From NCBI GenBank assembly GCA_036269255.1, contig DATASI010000182.1, positions 1 to 57,017 of the forward strand: a DNA stretch of 57,017 nt, written 5' to 3'. A program made the translations under genes and the position numbers. Within the stretch, counting starts at the first letter, position 1; the number at the start of each line of letters is the position of its first letter. The notes under the pieces were generated by a model. It was not told the origin of the DNA. It searched no databases and was given only the letters and a program-made list of their open reading frames with translations. The DNA comes from Candidatus Dormiibacterota bacterium. Lineage in GTDB: Bacteria; Chloroflexota; Dormibacteria; CF-121. Below are positions 8,202 to 16,804 of the stretch, one piece after another.

Positions 8202-9593
8202 ATGGCCCGACGCGAGCTTCCTGAGCGGCGAGGCAGCCGTGCCATCCAGCCGGCGCCGCGCCGGTTGTTCTTGAGCGCGTCCGACATCGTGGTGATCGTG
8301 GCGATCAACGCGCTGCTGGTCGTCGGGATGTGGATCCGGCACGGCGGGCTGAACCAGCTGGGAAGCGCGTCGGCGAAGTTCACCGCCGCCGGGCAGATCA
8401 CCGCACTGATCGGCACGTACGGCGCACTGGTCCAGATCTTCATGATGTCGCGCAGCCCCTGGCTCGAACGACGCTTCGGCATGGACGGCCTCGCGGTCTG
8501 GCATCGCTGGCTGGGATTCAGCGTTGTGACCCTGATCAGCGCGCATGTGGCGTTCAGCACCATCGGCTATGCGCTCGGCGACGGCAAGTCGATCATGAAC
8601 GAGGGATGGACGCTGATCACAACTTATCCCTACGTGCTGATGGCGACGGTCGCGACCGGGCTGCTGATCATGGTGGCGGTGACGTCACTGCGGGCAGCCC
8701 GGCACCGGATGTCGTGGGAAACCTGGCGCTTTCTGCATCTCTATGCCTATCTCGCGATCGCGCTCGCCTTCGGGCACGAGCTCGCGGTCGGCACCGATTT
8801 CAGTGATGACGGCGTCGCGCGCGCGTACTGGATCGCGCTGTACGTCGCCCTCGGACTCGCCATCCTGGTCTTTCGGGTCGGCGCCCCGCTCTGGTTGAGC
8901 CTACGGCACGATCTGCGGATCGCGGAGATCGCGCCCGAGGCCCCGGGCGTCGTCTCCCTGTACATCACCGGAAAGGACCTCGATCAATTGCGCGCTCAGG
9001 CCGGGCAGTACTTTCGATGGCGATTTCTCACCCGGACCGGTTGGTGGCGCACCCATCCGTTCTCGTTGTCCGCTCCGGCAAGCGCGCGCGCCCTGCGCAT
9101 CACGGTCAAGGGCGTCGGTGATGACAGCCGGGCGCTGCACGGGTTGCACCCGGGAACGGCGGTCGCGATCGAAGGTCCCTACGGCCTATTTACCGCACAG
9201 CGGCAGCGCCGGGCCAGGGTCCTGTTGATTGCCGGGGGCATCGGGATTACGCCGCTGCGCGCCCTGATCGAGGAGATCCGCAGCAAACGCGATGCCATCA
9301 CCCTGATCTATCGCGCGAGGAGCTGGGAGGACGTGGTCTTCAAAGACGAGCTGGAGCAGCTGATGCGTGAGCGGCGCGGCACCATCCACTATCTGATCGG
9401 CCAGCGCGGCAGTGCCGAGCTGCCGGTCGATCCGCTCTCCGCCCAGACGATTCGCCGCCTGGTGCCCGACGCCGCGTCTCGCGACGTTTTCGTCTGCGGA
9501 CCGCCGTCAATGATGGAGCGGGTGGCCGGCATCCTGGGGTCGATCGGCGTTCCGCAAGACCAGATTCATTTCGAGCGCTTCGCGCTGATTTAA
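8202..9593 (+). CDS. Ferric reductase-like (NOX/FRE-type) membrane protein with FAD- and NAD(P)H-binding domains
   Basis: Six-TM N-terminal half with conserved His residues. The C-terminal half has RWRF...HPFSLSA (FAD) and LLIAGGIGITP (NAD). The start is uncertain (8127-8202). Confidence 0.85.
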   Translation: MARRELPERRGSRAIQPAPRRLFLSASDIVVIVAINALLVVGMWIRHGGLNQLGSASAKFTAAGQITALIGTYGALVQIFMMSRSPWLERRFGMDGLAVWHRWLGFSVVTLISAHVAFSTIGYALGDGKSIMNEGWTLITTYPYVLMATVATGLLIMVAVTSLRAARHRMSWETWRFLHLYAYLAIALAFGHELAVGTDFSDDGVARAYWIALYVALGLAILVFRVGAPLWLSLRHDLRIAEIAPEAPGVVSLYITGKDLDQLRAQAGQYFRWRFLTRTGWWRTHPFSLSAPASARALRITVKGVGDDSRALHGLHPGTAVAIEGPYGLFTAQRQRRARVLLIAGGIGITPLRALIEEIRSKRDAITLIYRARSWEDVVFKDELEQLMRERRGTIHYLIGQRGSAELPVDPLSAQTIRRLVPDAASRDVFVCGPPSMMERVAGILGSIGVPQDQIHFERFALI

Positions 9594-9602
9594 AGGAGGA
9601 GC

Positions 9603-10079
9603 ATGCCAACCCGCGCCGCCGTCGCCATCATCGCGACCGTCATAGGAGTCTTTCTGCTGTTCAGCTTCAAGACGCCGGCCCAGGCGCGCCCCAAGACACC
9701 CTCGGCCGACGTGGCCCAGGCGAGCCCATCGCCGGGCGCCTCACCCTCGGGCAGCCCATCGGCGTCGGCGACGACGTCACCCAGCAGTAGCTCCGCCTAC
9801 AAAGATGGGACCTACACCGGGCAGGACGTTCAGAACCAGTTCGGCGACACCCAGGTCAAAATCACGATCTCGGGCGGGAAGATCACCGACGTGCAGGCGA
9901 TTCAATTGCCGTACGACCGCCAGCGCTCCGCCGAGATCAGTCAGTTTGCCGCCCCGCAGTTGCACGACGAGGTGCTGCAGGCGCAGAGCGCGCAAATCGA
10001 TCTCCTCTCCGGTGCCACCTTTACCAGCGACGCCTATGCGCAGTCGGTGCAGTCGGCGCTCGACCAGGCGCATCGGTAA
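9603..10079 (+). CDS. Membrane-anchored FMN-binding domain protein (ApbE flavinylation substrate)
   Basis: AAAGGAGGAG SD, an N-terminal TM helix, a Ser/Pro-rich linker, an FMN_bind fold (VKITISGGKITDV) and the flavinylation-type motif DLLSGATFTS. Confidence 0.85.
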   Translation: MPTRAAVAIIATVIGVFLLFSFKTPAQARPKTPSADVAQASPSPGASPSGSPSASATTSPSSSSAYKDGTYTGQDVQNQFGDTQVKITISGGKITDVQAIQLPYDRQRSAEISQFAAPQLHDEVLQAQSAQIDLLSGATFTSDAYAQSVQSALDQAHR

Positions 10080-10081
10080 GC

Positions 10082-10861
10082 ATGGCGATTCAATCGCTGC
10101 CGGCACGCGATCGCCGGCTGCGGGTCGAGCCGGTGATGGGGACGGTGATTTCGATCGATCTCCGTGACGAAGGCGTTCCGGAGCAGGCGATCGACGACGC
10201 CATCGAATGGTTGCATGCCGTGGACCGGCGGTTCAGCCCGTATATCCACGAGAGTGAGCTCAGTCGCCTCGGCCGGGGCGAGATCACCGTCGACGAGTGC
10301 CACCCCGATCTGCGAACGATCCTCGATCTCTGCGAGGAGCTTCGTCTGGAAAGCGAGGGCGCCTTCAACGCCTGGATGGCGCGAGCCGATGGCCGTCTCG
10401 ATCCCTCCGGGGTCGTCAAGGGATGGGCGGTCGAGCGGGCCGCGCGGATCGTGGCAGAAGCCGGGGGATGGAACTTTGCCATCAGCGCCGGCGGCGACGT
10501 GATCGCCCGAGGCGCGCCCGAGGCCGGACGCAAATGGCAGGTCGGCATCCGCCATCCACATGACCCGAACGCCGTGGCCGCCACGGTTGCCGTGACGGAC
10601 CTGGCGATCGCGACCAGCGGCAGCTATGAACGCGGCGATCACATCCTCGACGGGCGAACCGGCGAGCCGGCTCGTGAGCTCCTCAGCCTGACGGTTGCCG
10701 GGCCGAGCATGATGCTCGCGGATGCCGCCGCCACCGCGGGATTCGCGATGGGTGAGCGGGGGATCGCCTGGGTCGCGAGGCGCGACGGATACGACGCCTA
10801 TGGGATCACGGTCGACGGGCGGGTGCGCTACAGCGACGGATTCGCGCGCCTGATGGCCTAA
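10082..10861 (+). CDS. apbE: FAD:protein FMN transferase (ApbE family)
   Basis: EPVMGTVISI..., SGVVKGWA, ISAGGDV and IATSGSYERG motifs. It starts 2 nt after the upstream stop. No signal peptide or lipobox is visible. Confidence 0.85.
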   Translation: MAIQSLPARDRRLRVEPVMGTVISIDLRDEGVPEQAIDDAIEWLHAVDRRFSPYIHESELSRLGRGEITVDECHPDLRTILDLCEELRLESEGAFNAWMARADGRLDPSGVVKGWAVERAARIVAEAGGWNFAISAGGDVIARGAPEAGRKWQVGIRHPHDPNAVAATVAVTDLAIATSGSYERGDHILDGRTGEPARELLSLTVAGPSMMLADAAATAGFAMGERGIAWVARRDGYDAYGITVDGRVRYSDGFARLMA

Positions 10862-10900
10862 CGTCAATCGGCGCGCATGGGGAGACGCTGGTCGCCAGAA

Positions 10901-13900
10901 TCAGTCGAGGCCCTCGGCGCGGGGCGACCGCTCGTCCACGACCAGCTCGTCGAACGACTGCCACGGCACGCCCCACTCGAACCATCCATGGACCCACGGT
11001 TGGAGCAAGAAGGCCGCGCCGCCGTACAGCATGGGCACAAGGGCGCACTCTTCCTGGACCAGCCGCTTGTCGGCCTGGTGGAAGAGCCCAAGACGCGTCG
11101 GCCCATTGGTTGCGCGGACCGCTTGCTCGATGAGCGCGTCGAGCTCCTCCGATGTCCAGTGCCCGAGATTCGATGAGCTCTTGCTGAAATAGACCCCGCG
11201 CAGGTAATACTCCGGGTCCGGGTAAGCCGCGACCCAGTGCCCGATCATCGCGTGCGCCCACTCGGGGGCCCGCTCGTGCTCCGACGTACTGGCTTGAACG
11301 AGCTGCACCTCGACGCCCAGGACTTCACGCCAGCCCATCACGAGGGGGGACCAGAATTCGGCCATCCCGACGCCGTAAAAGGAGACGACCAGCGGTCCGC
11401 GATCCGATGACTTCGCCAGCTCGGTCCGGGCACGGTCCGGATCGAAGGGCAGCGCGATGTCCGGTGTGTGCCCGATGATGCCAGGCGGGGGAAAGCCGCC
11501 GGACGCAAGGACGTCCGTCTGGAGGACGTGCGGTTTCAGGCGCTGCCGATCCGTCGCATAGGCGATCGCGCGCCGGAAAGGCAGATCTCGAATCATCGTC
11601 TCGCCGGTGAACGCAAGAAAGGTCGATCGGGTGGTCGGCGGAGTCGCAACCTTGAAACGTGGATCGGAGAAGGCGGCCTGTGCCGCCGCGCCGGGCAACC
11701 AGCTGAGAAGGTCCAGCCTGCCCTCGTACATGGCTTTGATCGCGTCGGGTCCAGATTCGACAAATTCGATGGCGCCCACGTTTCCGCTACGCCAGCGTTT
11801 GAACGATGGGTCGCGTTCGATGACGACATGCTGGGGCGTGGCTTCCCGAACGAGGAACGGTCCGCTCGACGCCTGTTTTGACGACGCGGCATAGGCGGGC
11901 CAGCCGAAGAGGTGCAGCAGGTAGGGCGCCTGTTCTTGAAGACGGAATTCGACTGTCTGCCGGTCGAGCGCCCGCACACCGACGTCACTGAAGTCCTCCA
12001 TCTGGCCCTCGACATAGCGATCGGCATTTTCGAGCATCAACGTATTGGCCCTCGCAAGGAATTCATTTGCCGGGGTCATCAGCGCTTTGAGCGTGTTGAC
12101 GACGTCCTCGGCGGTCACCGGTGTGCCATCCGACCTCGATGCCCCTTCCCGTAGATGGATGCGGTAGGTGCGACCGTCGTCACTGACCTCCCAACGGTCG
12201 GCAAGCGCCGGAATCACATAGACGCCCTGCCGAACGTCGACCAGCCGGTCGTAGAGTTGTTGGTGGAGCCGGACGTTCGAGGTATAGAGGGCGTTTAGTG
12301 GATCGAGTTCCCAGGGGACGAGGCCGGGGGCGATCCGGAGGCCGGCATTAGCGACCGGATCGGGTCGGGTGACCGGCTGCCACTGCGCAAAAGCGCGTTG
12401 CCACGTCTCATTGGCCTCCCGATATCGCATGCCAAGGTGCAGGGCAGTCGCCAGCTGGAAGAGCGTCTCGGCAGCCTCCTGGCGCCGGTCCGCGGCTTCG
12501 AGCAGGGGGACGAGCGAGCGAAAGTGCTCAGCGGCCTCATCCAGCGACCACTCAGCAAGCGCTCCGTCGCCGGCGAGCTTTAAATACTCCGCTGCCTTCT
12601 CGCGATCGTCGCTGCCCAGCCAGTGGTGAGCCAGCAGGCCGTAGACCCGTTCGAGCCGGTCGTGATAGTACGTCTCGTACCATTCCGCCGCGCGTCGGTG
12701 CAGCGCCGCGCGTTTCGTGGCGACCAGCGTCTTGTAGGCCGCCTCTTGAATGAGCGCATGCTTGTACCGGTACACTGACCGATCGCCGCCGGCCTCCTCG
12801 CGCAGCAGGTCGAGCCGCAGCAGGTGGTGGATGGCCGCCCGCACGCGGGGTAGGTCGAGCGCCGTAACCGCCTGGACAAGCTCGATGCTGAAGGTTCGCC
12901 CCAGCACCGCCGCCGAGGTCAGCACATCACGCCAGTCCGGCTCGAGGCGGTCGATCCGAGCGATGATGACGGCTTCCAGGCTTTGGGGAAGCTGCACCGT
13001 CGATCCACCGACGACGTTCCAGTGGCCGTTCTCCGGGACGAGCACCCCGCTGTCGATCAGCGAGCGAAGCAACTGCTCGAGGTAGAAGGGGTTGCCCTCC
13101 GCATAGGCAAGCAACTGGTCGACGACCGACTGCGGCAGATGGCGGTTGCCGGCGAGCGATCGCAGCAAGGCTGACTCGGAGTCGGTGGTCAGCGGCTGCA
13201 AATGCAGCTCACGGAACAGGTGCCGATACTCGCGAGCGGCCTTTTCCTTGAGCCGCCACGACGGATGGTCGGTCTCCGGCCGCTGGCTGACGGCCAGCAT
13301 CACCGGCGCCGTTTCCACCAGGCCCAGCAGGCGCTCGGTCAACGCCAGCGAGGTGGCGTCGGCCCAGTGCAGGTCGTCCAGGGCGATAACCACCGGGCGT
13401 TCCGTCGCGAGCCGCTCGAGCATCTCACTGAAGACTTCGAAGGTTCGGTATTGCAGCGATTCCGGCGACAGCTTCTTGAGCTGTTCAGCGGCATCCGGTT
13501 CGAGGGTGACGCCCAGAACGGCGGCCAGGTACGGATAGGCTTGTGCCCCGCGCCCGGGGAAGGCCTCGTCCGTCATCTTGCGCAGCTTTACCCGTACCCG
13601 AAGCTCCGGCTCGGTCGGGCCAATCCCGAGCCAGTTGCGCAACAGGTCGCGATATGGCCAGTAGGGGAGAGCCTCACCGTACGAAACGCATCGCCCCTCA
13701 AGCCAGGCGTACGTTCCGGCTTCCGTCGCCTGCCGTCTCAGCTCGGCGGCCAGGCGGCTCTTGCCAATGCCGGGCTCGCCCACGATGAACAGCACGGCGC
13801 CCCTGCCGCCGGCGAGGCGATCGACCAGGTCGGAAACGGTTCGTAGCTCGGCATCGCGGCCCAGCAAAGGTCCCGATACGGCTTCCGCCTCGTGCGTCTG

Positions 13901-14479
13901 ACTCGGACCGAGCAGCTCGAACGCCGTGACGGCCTGGGCCTTTCCCTTCAGCTCGAGACGTCGCGGCTCTGACCACCGGAACTCGTGTGCGACCTGCCTC
14001 TGGGTCGCCTCTGAAACGACGATGCCATTGCGGGGCGCCGCCGCTTGCAGTCTGGCAGTGGTATTGATGGTGTCGCCAACGACGCCGTATTCGACCGCCG
14101 AGCCCGTCCCCACCAGGCCGACCACGACGTCGCCGGTGTGGATGCCGATCCGCATGGCAAAGTCGCTAACACCCCATCCACGGCGCACCTGCTCGCCGTA
14201 GTCCCTGGCGGAACCGATGATGTCGAGCGCCGCCCGAACCGCCCGCTCGGGATCGTCTTCATGGGCGATGGGAGCGCCGAAGAGCGCCAGGAGGCCGTCG
14301 CCCAACAGGTTGTTGACGCTGCCACCGTAGGCTTCGACGGCCCGGATGGCCCGCCCAATCGCCTCCCCGATCACCAGCTTCGCCTCCTCCGGGCCCAGGG
14401 CTTCGGCGACGGGCGTCGACCCAACGACGTCGGCAAAGAGGGCGGTGACAATCCGGCGCTCGTCGGGAGCGTCAGTCAT
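10901..14479 (-). CDS. Multidomain signalling protein: class III nucleotidyl cyclase + STAND/AAA_16 NTPase + helical TPR-like region + C-terminal family-5 solute-binding-protein (DppA/OppA-like) domain
   Basis: Cyclase region aa 1-195 (ALFADVVGST, LLGDGLLALFG, GDTINTTARL). P-loop VGEPGIGKS and Walker B VVIALDDLHWAD. From about aa 712 to 1192 the sequence reads WEVSDDGRTYRIHLREGASRSDGTPVTAEDVV..., which closely fits the SBP_bac_5 signature region. No TM helix or signal peptide. Confidence 0.85.
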   Translation of the reverse strand: MTDAPDERRIVTALFADVVGSTPVAEALGPEEAKLVIGEAIGRAIRAVEAYGGSVNNLLGDGLLALFGAPIAHEDDPERAVRAALDIIGSARDYGEQVRRGWGVSDFAMRIGIHTGDVVVGLVGTGSAVEYGVVGDTINTTARLQAAAPRNGIVVSEATQRQVAHEFRWSEPRRLELKGKAQAVTAFELLGPSQTHEAEAVSGPLLGRDAELRTVSDLVDRLAGGRGAVLFIVGEPGIGKSRLAAELRRQATEAGTYAWLEGRCVSYGEALPYWPYRDLLRNWLGIGPTEPELRVRVKLRKMTDEAFPGRGAQAYPYLAAVLGVTLEPDAAEQLKKLSPESLQYRTFEVFSEMLERLATERPVVIALDDLHWADATSLALTERLLGLVETAPVMLAVSQRPETDHPSWRLKEKAAREYRHLFRELHLQPLTTDSESALLRSLAGNRHLPQSVVDQLLAYAEGNPFYLEQLLRSLIDSGVLVPENGHWNVVGGSTVQLPQSLEAVIIARIDRLEPDWRDVLTSAAVLGRTFSIELVQAVTALDLPRVRAAIHHLLRLDLLREEAGGDRSVYRYKHALIQEAAYKTLVATKRAALHRRAAEWYETYYHDRLERVYGLLAHHWLGSDDREKAAEYLKLAGDGALAEWSLDEAAEHFRSLVPLLEAADRRQEAAETLFQLATALHLGMRYREANETWQRAFAQWQPVTRPDPVANAGLRIAPGLVPWELDPLNALYTSNVRLHQQLYDRLVDVRQGVYVIPALADRWEVSDDGRTYRIHLREGASRSDGTPVTAEDVVNTLKALMTPANEFLARANTLMLENADRYVEGQMEDFSDVGVRALDRQTVEFRLQEQAPYLLHLFGWPAYAASSKQASSGPFLVREATPQHVVIERDPSFKRWRSGNVGAIEFVESGPDAIKAMYEGRLDLLSWLPGAAAQAAFSDPRFKVATPPTTRSTFLAFTGETMIRDLPFRRAIAYATDRQRLKPHVLQTDVLASGGFPPPGIIGHTPDIALPFDPDRARTELAKSSDRGPLVVSFYGVGMAEFWSPLVMGWREVLGVEVQLVQASTSEHERAPEWAHAMIGHWVAAYPDPEYYLRGVYFSKSSSNLGHWTSEELDALIEQAVRATNGPTRLGLFHQADKRLVQEECALVPMLYGGAAFLLQPWVHGWFEWGVPWQSFDELVVDERSPRAEGLD

Positions 14480-14543
14480 GTCGGGATTGAAGCACAGGCA
14501 GGACTCAGGCGTTTGCCCAGACGGCCGGGACTAAACTGCCGCC

Positions 14544-15017
14544 ATGGCATCTGCAGAGAATCGGGCGCCCATCCCCATGACCGCGGCCGGGATCGAGGCG
14601 CTGAAGGTTGAGCTGGAAGAACTGAAAGCGCGGCGCCCCTCCATGGTCAATGAGGTCGCCAATGCGCGATCGCAGGGCGACCTGAGCGAGAACTTTGCCT
14701 ACCACGATGCGCGCCAGCATTTGGGCATGCTCGATGGACGCATCCAAACGATCGAGAACAGCCTGCGCCGGGCGGAGCTGGTGGTGGAGGTGGGCAGGCA
14801 GGACGCCGTCGGTATCGGTTCCCGGGTGGTGGTGCGCGATGAGTTTGGCGAGTCGACCTATCAGGTGGTGGGACCCACCGAGGGCAACATGGCCAAAGGC
14901 CTGCTCTCGGTCGCCTCGCCGCTCGGCAGCGCCCTCGTCGACCGGCGCCCCGGCGACACGGTCTCGTTCGCGACGCCAGGCGGTCCGCGCCAGGCGACCC
15001 TCGTCAGCATCGGGTAG
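14544..15017 (+). CDS. greA: Transcription elongation factor GreA
   Basis: PMTAAGIEALKVELEELK...GDLSENFAYHDARQ...G, 157 aa. Confidence 0.95.
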   Translation: MASAENRAPIPMTAAGIEALKVELEELKARRPSMVNEVANARSQGDLSENFAYHDARQHLGMLDGRIQTIENSLRRAELVVEVGRQDAVGIGSRVVVRDEFGESTYQVVGPTEGNMAKGLLSVASPLGSALVDRRPGDTVSFATPGGPRQATLVSIG

Positions 15018-15020
15018 CCG

Positions 15021-15920
15021 GTGAGTACGCCTCAGGGCGGGATCTTCGCGCTCGGCACATCGTCGCACGCCTACCTCGAGTTTGACCTCCGTCAAGGCGG
15101 CGATCCACGGGCCCTGGTCAGCGCGCTGGCGGATGTCCGCGAGCCGCGTACCACCATCGGTGGGGTGAACCTGGTCTCCGGCTTCCGGCCGGAGCTCTGG
15201 CGGCGACTCGCACCGGATGCCGGACCCGCTGATCTGGCCGGCTTCAACGGCAACGTCGTCGGCCGCGATGGCTATGTCATGCCCGCCACGCAGCACGACG
15301 CCGTGCTCTGGTTATCCGGGGGCACGTACGACGTCGTCTTCGACGAGTCACGGCAGGCGATCAGTGCCCTCTCCACGGTGGCGACGATCGCCGACGAAAC
15401 GTCCAGCTGGCCGTACCGTCGCTATCGCGACCTGACGGGCTTTGTCGATGGCAGCAAAAATCCGAGCCTGCTCGAGGCGGCCGGCGTTGCCCTCATTCCT
15501 GAAGGGTCGCCCGGCGCAGGCGGAAGCATCCTGCTGCTGCAGCAATGGGCCCACGATGCCACGGCGTGGGAGGCCCTCGCGGAGAAGGGGCAGGAGCAGG
15601 TGATCGGGCGAACCAAGCCCGACAGCGTCGAGCTTGACCCGCAGCCGCGCGATTCCCACGTCGCCCGGACCGATCAGGACGTTTTCGGGAAGATCTTTCG
15701 CCGCAACATGCCCTACGGCACGGTCACCGAGCACGGCACGATGTTCGTCGGCTTCGCCTCCGAGCAGCGCCCGCTCCGGACGATGCTGGAGAGCATGGCG
15801 GGCGTCACCGATGGGGTGCGCGACGCGCTCACCCGCTACACCCGGCCTTTGACCGGCGCCTATTACTTCGTCCCGTCGACGGAGGCCATCCGACGCTTCG
15901 CCAGCCCCCAGCCCGATTAG
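15021..15920 (+). CDS. DyP-type (dye-decolorizing) heme peroxidase
   Basis: GXXDG motif (TGFVDGSKNP), RRNMPYG and MFVGF. GTG start 3 nt after the greA stop. Confidence 0.85.
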   Translation: MSTPQGGIFALGTSSHAYLEFDLRQGGDPRALVSALADVREPRTTIGGVNLVSGFRPELWRRLAPDAGPADLAGFNGNVVGRDGYVMPATQHDAVLWLSGGTYDVVFDESRQAISALSTVATIADETSSWPYRRYRDLTGFVDGSKNPSLLEAAGVALIPEGSPGAGGSILLLQQWAHDATAWEALAEKGQEQVIGRTKPDSVELDPQPRDSHVARTDQDVFGKIFRRNMPYGTVTEHGTMFVGFASEQRPLRTMLESMAGVTDGVRDALTRYTRPLTGAYYFVPSTEAIRRFASPQPD

Positions 15921-16804
15921 CTCGGTATGGAGCTTTCAGAAAATGCGTTGGCGTTATCGGAGACCCACTGGCGAAACGATCGCGGCGGCGACCCGAGGAT
16001 GTCGAACGCCGTCGACGTGATGAAGGCCGGCACTCCCATGGTTGCGTCCCACGCGGCCAAGAGCATGTCGACGGCCGGGCGCGGCCAGCTTCCCTCGGTC
16101 TCGCGTCGAAACTCGTCCGGCGTCAACTCCTGAAACTCGATCGGCCGCCCCAGGACGTCACCGATGATGCTCACCTGCTCTGCCTGACTCAGTGACTCGG
16201 GGCCGGTGAGCACGTAGTCGCCGCCGGCGTATCCGTCCTGAGACAGGATCAGCGCTGCGACGGCTGCCACGTCGCGCTCATCGACCGGTGCCGTTTCGGC
16301 AGCGCCATATGGCCAGCGGACGACTCCGCCGGCGCGAATCACGGGCGCCCACCAGAACAACGCGTTCGACGCGAACATCCCCGGCCGGATGATGGTCGAC
16401 TCGAGCCCGGCGGCCGCGATGAGCCGCTCAATTTCGGCGTAGAGCACCGCCATTGGATTCGGTTGCTGGAAGAAAGGGTGCGGGGTCTGGTGTGGGGCGG
16501 ACAGAAAGACGACGCGCCTGACGTAGGTTGCGAGACGCTCGACAACTGCCGCGGCAGTCGTCGGCGGGGCGGTCCAGACGAGGAAGACGGTGCTGACACC
16601 CTGGAGTCCAGCGTCGAGCGATTCTGGGACGGTGAGGTCGCCGGTGACGACTTCGACGTTTTCCGACAGCGTCGCCGCCGCCTCCGAGCGATGCGTGAGA
16701 GCGCGGACGGGCACGCCCGCCTCGTTGAGGAGGTCGATCACGACCCGCCCGACCCGGCCGGTCGCCCCGGTGACCAGCACCGGAGGCAATTGCGTCCCTG
16801 TCAT
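15917..16804 (-). CDS. NmrA-like / atypical SDR NAD(P)H-binding protein
   Basis: VLVTGATGRVGRVV Rossmann motif, about 295 aa. It has a 4-nt ATGA overlap with the upstream gene. Confidence 0.8.
   Translation of the reverse strand: MTGTQLPPVLVTGATGRVGRVVIDLLNEAGVPVRALTHRSEAAATLSENVEVVTGDLTVPESLDAGLQGVSTVFLVWTAPPTTAAAVVERLATYVRRVVFLSAPHQTPHPFFQQPNPMAVLYAEIERLIAAAGLESTIIRPGMFASNALFWWAPVIRAGGVVRWPYGAAETAPVDERDVAAVAALILSQDGYAGGDYVLTGPESLSQAEQVSIIGDVLGRPIEFQELTPDEFRRETEGSWPRPAVDMLLAAWDATMGVPAFITSTAFDILGSPPRSFRQWVSDNANAFSESSIPS

Noticed and set aside
15917-15920. Convergent genes sharing overlapping stop codons: TTAG at 15917-15920 (DyP/NmrA-like), CTAG at 24333-24336 (gnd/EamA), and 49635-49638 (OsmC/response regulator).
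   Set aside because: This is a compact-genome curiosity seen three times in the window. It is probably a consequence of high coding density rather than a specific regulatory device.
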